Position numbers and translations under genes: made by a program. The notes beneath the pieces were generated by a model that was given only the letters and a program-made list of their open reading frames with translations, did not search any database and was not told the DNA's origin. Of a DNA stretch of 64,000 nt, positions 44,608 to 53,800 are shown piece after piece (position 1 is the first letter of the stretch; every line of letters starts with the position of its first letter). The stretch is from an uncultured Lentisphaeraceae bacterium (lineage in GTDB: Bacteria; Verrucomicrobiota; Kiritimatiellia; RFP12; DVOR01), in NCBI GenBank assembly GCA_949288955.1, contig CASEMS010000010.1:33696-97695 (forward strand), given 5' to 3'.

Positions 44608-45747
44608 TCAATTCGCATGTTTTAGCCGCATTGCCGCTTCATATCGCGAAACCACAGAATCAATTGTGTAAGGCTCCCAAGATTGTCGGGAGGGCACACT
44701 TGGATTGTTGATAATGTCTTGCATCGCTTCTGCAAGACAATGTGCATCCCCTAGCGGAACAAGTTTCCCCCAAAGTCCATTTTTGAGAATTTCTGGTGGT
44801 CCATAAGGACAATTGGTCGAAACGACAGGAATCCCGCTTGCCAAAGCCTCAACAAGCACGACGGAAAACGATTCTACCGTAGAAGAACAAACAAATCCGG
44901 TCGCCGCTTTAAGTTCTGCTGGCAAATTCTCATAGAATCCAGCTAATGAAACGACATCCGTTAATGCTTCTCGTGCAAGAAATGCTTTATACTCTCCCGG
45001 GACTTCCTCACGCCCAAAAATAATTAATTGGACACGTTGGGATTGATTGAGAATCTTGATTGCTTCAAAAAGAGTGAAAAAACCCTTACTCAAAACAAAC
45101 GCCCCCGCAGCAACAAACGTGGGACATTTCCGTTCTCTCAACCAAGGATGCGTAGGAAGCTTTTTCAGCTTCTCAAAGAAAAGATCGTCAACCACTGGAT
45201 TATATACGACAGAAATACGATTACGCGGGATATCCCCTATTTTTGCCATAGCATTGGCAACGCCCTTGCTAACAGCCATGAAATGCACATAAGGTGCCTG
45301 AAACAATTTCATTTTCACCCATTGCGCCGACCATCGTCGTGGAGGTTTGATAGACGTCTTCCCATCAAATTCGACATCGATTCCTCCGTTGTGTTCAACA
45401 TAATATATAGACGCACGAGAAAAGAAACTTATCATTCGCGCCAACGACAATGCATAAAAATAATTTGACGACATCGTCACGACCGCTCGGGCATCTGTTG
45501 TAGATAGATACTTAACAAGCGGAAAGACATTCATTCGTGCCGACCGATAAGGGAGACAAACCCAATGCACACCTTTTGGCACATCAAATGGTTTGCCTTG
45601 TTCACCGCTACGTAATAAATCCCAATGCACCTCAGAAACTACTAAATCCACGTCATATCCATGCGCCACAAAACCACGTGCCAACATAGCTGCCACATAT
45701 TGTGCGCCTCGCGCAAATAAATCTTGAATAAGAATGGCAATCTTCAT
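44608..45747 (-). CDS. Glycosyltransferase family 4 (GT-B)
   Basis: MKIAILIQDLFARGAQYVAAMLARGF... and the C-terminal ...FVCSSTVESFSVVLVEALASGIPVVST. Confidence 0.7.
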   Translation of the reverse strand: MKIAILIQDLFARGAQYVAAMLARGFVAHGYDVDLVVSEVHWDLLRSGEQGKPFDVPKGVHWVCLPYRSARMNVFPLVKYLSTTDARAVVTMSSNYFYALSLARMISFFSRASIYYVEHNGGIDVEFDGKTSIKPPRRWSAQWVKMKLFQAPYVHFMAVSKGVANAMAKIGDIPRNRISVVYNPVVDDLFFEKLKKLPTHPWLRERKCPTFVAAGAFVLSKGFFTLFEAIKILNQSQRVQLIIFGREEVPGEYKAFLAREALTDVVSLAGFYENLPAELKAATGFVCSSTVESFSVVLVEALASGIPVVSTNCPYGPPEILKNGLWGKLVPLGDAHCLAEAMQDIINNPSVPSRQSWEPYTIDSVVSRYEAAMRLKHAN

Positions 45748-46784
45748 AATCTTCTTCTTGTGAGCATTTGTTTCAAAGCCCCTATAGCAGATAAAGCATG
45801 ACAAAGAACCATGTCAAACGCAGGAATTCGCATCAATCGGACAAGCCACGCCCGAACACTCCATTTGGGAAGAGGCAAAGGCACGTCTCGCAGGAACATC
45901 CGCACCTCATGCCCAATAGCTCCGGCCCCACCGCGATAACAGGCATGCATAGTAACTTCCGTCACTAAGCAATGCACCAAAACCTCCCGAAGCCTCTGAA
46001 CATAAACCAGCCATCCAGACACACAAGACAAATAACGCTGATAAACAAGTCGGAAGGCCCTAAGTTGATCATGGAGTAATCGGATGCCCTGTCTTTTCGT
46101 CGCTTGCCCAGCATGAATCCGATAATAATATGCACACTGCCTTATCATCAACATACCATGTAGGCGCCCAGCCAAACCCGCGAAAAAGCACGTATCCTCG
46201 CACATTGAAATCCCAATGGGAAATCGAAGAGCCCCAACGGCATCCGCCCGTATTAGCCCACCCAAAATCATTCCACCGACAATCATTTCATCAATAAAGA
46301 AACGGATGGTTTCCATTTGTGTCAGATATAGCGGCTGTGCGCTTCCCTGATAATACCCTCCCCCCATCAAACAATAACCCCACTTGACGAACTCAATCGA
46401 CACGTTTTGGTTTTGCCTCAACATCTCATACACTTGACCAAGCGCCTGCTTGGCATAACAATCATCCCCGTCGAGAAAGCCGACCCATTGGCCGCGAAGG
46501 CAATCGAGTGCACGGTTACGGGCGGCAGAGACGCCGGCGTTGGGTTGATGGGTGATACGGAAGCGAGGATCGCGGCGGGCGTAGGCATCAAGGATAAGGT
46601 CGGAGCCGTCCTTGCTGCCGTCGTCGGTGCAGAGACATTCCCAGTCAGCAAAGGTCTGCGCTAAAACGGAATCGAGGCATTCGCCCAAATAGGGTATCAC
46701 GTTGTAGACAGGCACAATCACAGAGAAGAAGGGCAATTGCCGTTCTTTTTGGGTTGGCGTTACCGCTTGTGCCTGAGGTTTCAT
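45744..46784 (-). CDS. Glycosyltransferase family 2
   Basis: FSVIVPVYNVIPYLGECLDSVLAQTFADWECLCTDDGSKDGS...FLDGDD. Confidence 0.75.
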   Translation of the reverse strand: MKPQAQAVTPTQKERQLPFFSVIVPVYNVIPYLGECLDSVLAQTFADWECLCTDDGSKDGSDLILDAYARRDPRFRITHQPNAGVSAARNRALDCLRGQWVGFLDGDDCYAKQALGQVYEMLRQNQNVSIEFVKWGYCLMGGGYYQGSAQPLYLTQMETIRFFIDEMIVGGMILGGLIRADAVGALRFPIGISMCEDTCFFAGLAGRLHGMLMIRQCAYYYRIHAGQATKRQGIRLLHDQLRAFRLVYQRYLSCVSGWLVYVQRLREVLVHCLVTEVTMHACYRGGAGAIGHEVRMFLRDVPLPLPKWSVRAWLVRLMRIPAFDMVLCHALSAIGALKQMLTRRRL

Positions 46785-46826
46785 AACGCGCTTAGTGTAG
46801 CAAAAACGTAGCAATCACACTTTGCC

Positions 46827-48773
46827 TTATTCCGTCGTGTTCATCATTTCGTTCGGTTCTTCGTTCGTTTTCCTCGATGACAGAATAGTGTTGAACCGTT
46901 GAACAAGCGAAGTTCGAATTGTGTTTATCGTCGTCTCAACAAGCGCGATACGATTGGGTTGTTTCCACTGTCCCTTCTGATGATAGATCGCCACTCGATT
47001 TTGTTTCATTTTCTCAAGAATGGTCTTCCACGAATCCGCCTCTTGGATCAATTTCGGCAACCACTCCTGCCAATTCTGAACTCTTACGAAATACCGTTCT
47101 CGTACCATCTCTTGAAAAACAAGCGAGTCTTCCACTGATGCCTTTAAAAGTAAAGCCGCAAATTGCGCACAGGCATCGTCATCCAATAGAACTACCGGCC
47201 GATTGCGAATCTTCTCGCTCATTAAGAATTGGCACAGGCCTATCAGATTTTCCTTACACAGACAGTCGGTTATCTGTTCCTTGACTTTCGTTTCATACTG
47301 CTTTTGCGCAAGATTTTCAACAAGTTCTAGATTGTGTTGATACCAATCATCCTTCTCTTCCGAGATACTAAATCCAGCGAAACTGTCGTTCCACGTACCA
47401 TCTTCGGAGAAGACTAGTTGCTCCCTCACACTCGAAACATAATCTTCAAATCGCCTCGCCAAATGTTGCAAATGATCTTCCCACGCGGGAAGGAAATGCG
47501 CCAAAAGAGAGGGTCTTATCAACTTCAATGCGTCGTACCGCCGTTTATCGTATTTTCTTAAAAGTTCGAACACAAGCCTGATTTCCGCGGAGTCCGTAAT
47601 TTTGTGTTCCTGCAAAGCAATCAAGACTTTCCTCCGCGCCTTACGGGTTTCGCCATCATCCTTTGCCCACGCTCTAAACAACGGTTCCCAAGCGTAATCC
47701 TGACGATAGTAAACAGACTGTCGTAGTTCCTCGCGAATCGTTTCCGCATGGAAGCTACAACCATCAATCACTGTTGTCCACGACTCTGAACTCAGCAGCC
47801 AATTGAACGAAAGAAACGATCCAAACATCTCAAAGTCAAACTGCGTGCAAATGGAAAGCAAATCCCCCCAAGTAAACTTCTTGTCAGAAGAGGTGGCCTC
47901 CTTTCCATCTCCCCCAATTGGGGCTATGTTTTTCAATATTCCGAGTTGCGTCGAATACGCAAAGAGAAGAAAGAGGCATGTGAAATGAAGTTCCAAGTGT
48001 TCTGGTTGAAAGATTTCCGCCCCCAATGCGCTCTTCCACTGTTTCAATTGCCAAAGTGCCGCCTTAAACGCGCGATAATTGAAATGCTTCAGTTGATCGT
48101 AAATCTCATTCATGAGCAAAGTACTAAACGCCAACACACGTTTGTCTTCTTGAAAAGACAGAGCATTATCACCCATCAAAATAGGGATCACGTCTTCCGG
48201 TTCGCGAACCAAGGTGTAGGTCTTGCCTACAAACTTCTCTTTGAGCGATGTGTACTCCTGATCTACAAACAATTTCTCCTCATTGCCAATGTAGACCACA
48301 GGTTTTTGCGTCTGCTCGACAAACGCCTCCAAATAGCCCATTCGTTGGCGAAGTGGCAATTCACACCGCTCAAGGTCATCAAATACAACCGCTTGTTTAC
48401 GCGCTTTTCCCTGTTCGCGTTCCTTAAAAAAGGCGCTTATCCCACTCAACGCCCCCGTCAAGTCAGCCCCACATCCCTTGATTAATTCGGCAATCCCATT
48501 TCCCAAACGAAGTGCCTTGAACATCCATGTACGCGAGACATCGCCACAGAACGCCTCAACAATGCGTCGCTCAATTTCTTCAACAGACGCGACACCGTTC
48601 AATGAGATATACAGGACTTCTCCACCCTCTGCTTTTACTTGTTTGATAAGTTCCTTTATCAGATAGGTTTTTCCACATCCCCACGGGCCTGTCAGCAAGA
48701 CGGGAAAATCCGCAGAGGCTTCCATCATGTAAGTTTTTAACGCTTCTTTGACCGCTTGATTGCTTGCGTTCAT
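46827..48773 (-). CDS. KAP-family-like P-loop NTPase (648 aa), putative defence/abortive-infection component
   Basis: Walker A VLLTGPWGCGKTYL and Walker B AVVFDDLERC (the hhhhDDLER form typical of KAP NTPases), with a long alpha-helical C-terminal region. Low GC; it lies last in the ATPase-DUF4276-NTPase gene order. Confidence 0.45.
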   Translation of the reverse strand: MNASNQAVKEALKTYMMEASADFPVLLTGPWGCGKTYLIKELIKQVKAEGGEVLYISLNGVASVEEIERRIVEAFCGDVSRTWMFKALRLGNGIAELIKGCGADLTGALSGISAFFKEREQGKARKQAVVFDDLERCELPLRQRMGYLEAFVEQTQKPVVYIGNEEKLFVDQEYTSLKEKFVGKTYTLVREPEDVIPILMGDNALSFQEDKRVLAFSTLLMNEIYDQLKHFNYRAFKAALWQLKQWKSALGAEIFQPEHLELHFTCLFLLFAYSTQLGILKNIAPIGGDGKEATSSDKKFTWGDLLSICTQFDFEMFGSFLSFNWLLSSESWTTVIDGCSFHAETIREELRQSVYYRQDYAWEPLFRAWAKDDGETRKARRKVLIALQEHKITDSAEIRLVFELLRKYDKRRYDALKLIRPSLLAHFLPAWEDHLQHLARRFEDYVSSVREQLVFSEDGTWNDSFAGFSISEEKDDWYQHNLELVENLAQKQYETKVKEQITDCLCKENLIGLCQFLMSEKIRNRPVVLLDDDACAQFAALLLKASVEDSLVFQEMVRERYFVRVQNWQEWLPKLIQEADSWKTILEKMKQNRVAIYHQKGQWKQPNRIALVETTINTIRTSLVQRFNTILSSRKTNEEPNEMMNTTE

Positions 48774-48783
48774 TGCTTAATGA

Positions 48784-49581
48784 TTATGGCGTCGTGGTGG
48801 TCTGTTTATTTAAGGGCTCGGTGTTGAAGAAAAGCGTATACAGGAAGGTGATGAGGGGTGCCAAGGCGGGGGCTTGCCAATTCCAGAGGGTGTCGTTGAA
48901 GAAGGCTCGGTTGATACCGTTGTGGTCCCAAGTACGGACACCGAAGGCAGCCGCATATTCTGTCATCATAGACTTGCGCGTGGTGGGGTTGAAGTTGTGC
49001 GCTTTAAGGCACGCGTCGAATCCGGCCCAGCAGTCCATGAAGAAGGTTTCGTGATTGGGGTCTACACGATTGACACAATCGCGCATCAGGGTTTCCAGGT
49101 CGCCTTCGCGTTGGTTGTCCGGAAGGAGGAAGATGTGTTCTCGAGGGAAGATGCCCAGTTCTGCATACCTCACATCATTCCGCACCTCTTTCCGAGCCTT
49201 TTCCTGCAACTTTCCAATAAGCCAGCTCGGGCGCTCCGTGATCCCGCCATGTGTACGCCTATCCGTGGACGTTCCGGGTGGGTCTTGAGAGTCCGCATCG
49301 ACGATGAGCGCGGCGGCAAAGGTGTCGGCATCCAGAAGTTCCACTGGACGAAGGAGGTTTTTGGCTTGTCTTTCCACATTGGCGACCCCGTCCGTCCAAT
49401 AGAGACTCACATCAAGGTCAGCCTCATGGCACGACAATGTCTCTCCTTGCGACAGGCTCACGTTACCAGACACCAAAGAAGCCCATTTCTTTGTGGACGC
49501 GAAAGCAAAGCGACGCACAAGGAGAACATACAGGAAGTAGACGTCCTTGCTACCTTCGAGAACAATGTGGACACGTCTCAT
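48784..49581 (-). CDS. DUF4276 (RloB-like) family protein, partner of the upstream AAA_21 ATPase
   Basis: MRRVHIVLEGSKDVYFL... AALIVDADSQD ... GIFPREHIFLLPDNQREGDLETLM resembles the DUF4276 family pattern. The start overlaps the ATPase stop by ATGA. Confidence 0.45.
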   Translation of the reverse strand: MRRVHIVLEGSKDVYFLYVLLVRRFAFASTKKWASLVSGNVSLSQGETLSCHEADLDVSLYWTDGVANVERQAKNLLRPVELLDADTFAAALIVDADSQDPPGTSTDRRTHGGITERPSWLIGKLQEKARKEVRNDVRYAELGIFPREHIFLLPDNQREGDLETLMRDCVNRVDPNHETFFMDCWAGFDACLKAHNFNPTTRKSMMTEYAAAFGVRTWDHNGINRAFFNDTLWNWQAPALAPLITFLYTLFFNTEPLNKQTTTTP

Positions 49582-50636
49582 CGCAGTTCCACCCCCAGGT
49601 CGAGCTGTGCATCGGTGTCGGCGCCGGAAAGGGTCTCGGCGACGACCGTGCCGTCCCTGCGGCGGCGAAGGCCGATGAAGGTGAGGTCTTCCGTGCTGTT
49701 GTCGCCAATGGGCATGGCGATTTGCCGAAGCATCTCCACATTGTGCGTGGTCGCTATGATTTGGACATCGTGCTCGGTCGCAAACCGTGCCAAGCTTTCC
49801 CAAACCACCTGCATTGCCGAATGGTGGAGCCCATTCTCAATCTCATCGATGCAGAGCAACCCGCCACCTTGGCAAGCATTAGCCACCACGAAAAGTCGGA
49901 TGACGTGCAGCATACCTTCACCCAAAACGGGGACGGGCAGGAGCGTTGGTCCACCGAGATCGACCAACACCTCTTGTCCGGCGAGCGCCAAGCGTTGGAC
50001 ACGCCCATCAATGCGCTTGAGCGCCTCAATAAGCGGACCCTCCTGCTTGTTTTTGATGAGGTCAGCAAGATCCGTCCCGCCACCTCTTTCTCGTGCTCCA
50101 AGATAGGCACACCGCCACGTTTCCCGACTGGTTCCCCCAGAGAGCGCCAAGATTCTCCCGCCCTTATCTACCAACGTGCTCAAAATACCCTGTTCAGTCG
50201 GCTCCTCGCCTCTTGGGCCAATTGCATAGGTCTGTTCCAACGCAGGATAGGCCTCGACATTGGTGACAGTCTGCGTGCCGTCCGCCCCGGGAAGTTCGTA
50301 ACGCCTGAATCCGCCATCTTTCGATTCCCGCGTGCGCAACACATAACGCCGCTCTTCCTGTCCGTCAAACTGTCCGACAATCTGAACCGGCAACGTGATG
50401 TCTTGGTCGTGAAACAGCGCATGAAGCTCCCGCGCCGTCTCCGGGGGCATCTCCCGATTGGCCGACACACGCTCGGGCATATCCGGCATTCTCATACCTG
50501 AGAGCAGGAAGATGGCCTCAAGCACCGAAGATTTCCCGATGTTGTTCTTCCCCGCCAAGACATTGAAACGCGTCAACCGAGGCAACGACAATCGGCCCAA
50601 GCCGCGAAAATGCTCAATCGTGATGGCTCGCAACAT
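49578..50636 (-). CDS. AAA_21-type ABC ATPase (RloA/OLD-N-like), putative defence ATPase
   Basis: MLRAITIEHFRGLGRLSL...NVLAGKNNIGKSSVLEAI (Walker A) ... LLCIDEIENGLH (Walker B) ... IIATTHN (H-loop). Confidence 0.6.
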   Translation of the reverse strand: MLRAITIEHFRGLGRLSLPRLTRFNVLAGKNNIGKSSVLEAIFLLSGMRMPDMPERVSANREMPPETARELHALFHDQDITLPVQIVGQFDGQEERRYVLRTRESKDGGFRRYELPGADGTQTVTNVEAYPALEQTYAIGPRGEEPTEQGILSTLVDKGGRILALSGGTSRETWRCAYLGARERGGGTDLADLIKNKQEGPLIEALKRIDGRVQRLALAGQEVLVDLGGPTLLPVPVLGEGMLHVIRLFVVANACQGGGLLCIDEIENGLHHSAMQVVWESLARFATEHDVQIIATTHNVEMLRQIAMPIGDNSTEDLTFIGLRRRRDGTVVAETLSGADTDAQLDLGVELR

Positions 50637-50797
50637 AACCAAAATCCTGTCATCCTCGCATAAACGTCGCCATCCCTCCGCGCACCTCACCCAATAAGGC
50701 ACTCCCGCGAGATTGCAACGCTCGTGTTCGATTCCTCGTACAATATCTTCATTATAGCAGAAATAGGCGTTTCGTTCCCTGCCCCTGCGCTGCGTGG

Positions 50798-50833
50798 GGA
50801 AGAAAAAAGAAAGGCCCCCGAGGAGTCGGGGGC
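50798..50833 (-). terminator. Rho-independent terminator of the giant gene (minus strand); also the right boundary of the low-GC island
   Basis: On the minus strand, GGCCCCCGACTCCTCGGGGGCC is followed by tttcttttttc. Confidence 0.7.
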
Positions 50834-50853
50834 CTTGGGTGGCGGGAGTGGGA

Positions 50854-53800
50854 TTATTGGGCCGGAGGGATAACGCGCACCTTGAAGAGGAAGGTCGGCT
50901 CGGTGGAGAGGGCCATAATCTCCACGATGGACTCGCCCGACTCGTAGACCGGCTTCTTCGTGGGCAGGGTCGTCTCCGAGCCGTCGGCCAGATCGACGGC
51001 CACGAGGGTCACCGTGGAGCCCACCGCGAAGGAGACCGCGCCGTTCGGGGCGGAGAGCGCGATGGAGACGGAGGCGCCGTAATCGTTCCGCTCGATGGCC
51101 GTGACCTTGAGGTCGTAGGCCACGCGCAGGGCGGTGCCGTCGACCGTCACCAAGCCCGCGCCCGTCAGGCAGGCGAGCGCCTCGTTGATGGCGGCGGTGG
51201 TCATGGCCTTGCCGTTGGCCGTGCCGGAGATGGCGGTGACCTCGGGGAGGCCGGCCCGCTCGGCGGCGGCGGAGAGGACGGCCACGGCGTTGGCGTCGAA
51301 GACCACGCCGCCTTCCTCGTCGCCCTCGGCGATGGTGGGCAGGACGGGGCCGGAGGGCTCGGGGATGACCCAGAGGCCGCCCTCCCGCACCGCGAAGACC
51401 CAGCCCTCCGGCGCGCCGGCGAAGGCGTCCGCCGTCTCGGGCCCGCTCTCCCACGCCAGGAGCTGACGCTCCGCCGTGAGCTCGGGGAGGTTCGCGATGG
51501 TCAGGGCCGCGCCCTCGTCGATCGCCACCGTCGTGGCGGTCTTCTGCCCGGCGGCGAAGCAATCGAGCGCCACGCCGTCGGCCAACTCCAACGTGCCTTC
51601 GATGGCGCCGACGCCGGCGAGCGTGCCGGCCTCGACGCGGAGACCCGCCCGCATGGTGATGCCGGAGATGCTCAACGTCCCAGAGCCGGTCTTGATGAGG
51701 CGGCCCGTGCCGGAGATTCCGTTCGGGAGGTTGAAGATCCCGCCCTCGGGCACCTCATAGGTGAAGTCGGCGTTGAGCGTGACCGCGCTGCCATCCATCA
51801 GCGCGAGGTTGGCGGTGGAGGCCACGAGCGGGCCGTTGACCGTCAGCGCCAGCGGGATGAAGCGCGGCTCGGGGTTGCTCTCGGAGAGCGTGCCGAGGGT
51901 GAGCGTGTGCTCGGAGGCGACGACCGTCAGGCTCTTCACCCAGTAGGGCAACGCGGAGAGCGTCACGTCCGCCTCGGCGGTGAGCGCCACGTCAATCGAC
52001 TGCCAGGCGTCCACCGACATCGTCTCCAGGATGGCGGGGTCGATGGGGCGGCCGACGGCGTCGATCCACGGCGCGGCGTTCCAATCCACGTCCGCGGTGA
52101 GGGTGGCCGTCCACGCGCCGCCGACGGCGGCCTGGCGGACGGCGTAATAGGTGCCATCCTGGTAGATGGCGACGAAGCCCTCGGGCGCGGTGGGCGTGAG
52201 GCCCTTGGGGGCGTGGAGCACCGCCACGCGCGTGGTCTCATCGGGGATGTCCAGCGCGGAGAGGTCCAGGGCGCACGTGCCGGAGACGCCGCCCTCGATG
52301 GTGAGCACCGTGCCGGGGAGCACCTTGAGCGTGCTGCCCTCGGCGAAGTCGACGTCGCCCACGATGCGACCGCCGCCCGCGAGCGTGCCCGAGACGGCCA
52401 TGCCCGATTCGACGGTGACCGTGAGGGGCGCGGGGGCGCCGAAGACCTGCGTCATCCATGCGTTGGTGGGCCAGGTGATGGCCTCCTCGGAGGTGAAGTC
52501 CTGCGCGTCCACGGGCGTCCACAGACTGCCGTCGGCGCTCACCTCCACCGTCCACGTGCGGGGGTTGCGGCCGATCTGGTCGGCCATCGCCAGACGGTAA
52601 CCGTTGAAGGAGACGGTGTTGCCCTCGCCCACGTCGATAGTCAGCGTGCAGTCATCGAAGGCCGTGTCCCCCGTCTCCCAGAACCACTTGGTGCCGAGGT
52701 CGCCGTCGATAAGGTGATCGTCCCGATGGCTGACGTATGCCTGCGCCTGGGAGGCCACGCACTCCGTGCCCTCGGGCCACGGCACGGGCGCCCCGTCGCG
52801 CAAAAGCTGGAACTCCGCGATGGCGATGCCCTTGTTGTTCGGCACATCCGCCGTCACGCGGGCGGTGGGGACGAAGCGGACGTAGCGGACGGACTGCGGC
52901 GTGCCGAGCGGCAACGTCAGGGAGCCCTCCACCGTCAGCGTGTCGGCCGTCAGCGTGCCCGTGCCTGTGAAGGCGTAGTCGCCCGCGACCGTGACGGCGG
53001 CGGCGGTGGTGTCCTCCGCGATCGCGACCGGCACCTGCGTGGCCGTGTTCGCGCCGAAGATCGCGTTATCGACGGGGCGGAAGCCGGGGAGGCCCTCGGC
53101 CCAGGCGCCGCCCGCATCGGGCGTCGCCCATTCCACGTCCGCCACCTCGCGGGCGCGCACCCAGAGGCCATCGGCCTCCACCACCAACGTGCAATCCTCC
53201 GGCAGCCCCTCCACCGCGAAGCACTCGGCGGTCTCCGGCCCCTCGCTCCACGCGATGACCTGGACATCGTAGGGCACGGCGGGCAGCCCCGCCACGGGGA
53301 CGACCACGCCCTCGGCCACCGTCACCTTGTCGAAGACCGCCGTGCCGACGGTGAGGGACGCGCCCTCGCAGAGGTTGACGGTGCCGCTGACGGCGCCCGC
53401 GTTGCCGTAGGCCGCGTGGACGTTGAGGACGTTCTCGGCGTTGGCGGAGGTGTCGATGATGAGGGAGCCGCCCGCCTCGATGGTGACAGGGCCGGTGCCG
53501 AAGACCTCGGGATCGCGCACATCCACCCGCGAGGCCACCTCCGTGCCGCCGGAGTAGGAGGCGGCATGAAGGTTGTAGATGGTGCTGTTGGTGTCGGCGT
53601 AGCGCACCTTCAACGTGCCCCCCTCCTCCGTGATGGCGCAACGGAGGTCGTAGGAGTTACTCTCCTCCCCGGAGTCTTCGTCAAAGATGAGCAGACCGCG
53701 ACCGCGGATCGCCCCCGTGAAATCGACCGCCCTGCCGTTGTGCACGCCCCGGATATGGGCGGCCTTCTCGACGGAGCCGTCGTTCTCGATCAGGAAGGTC

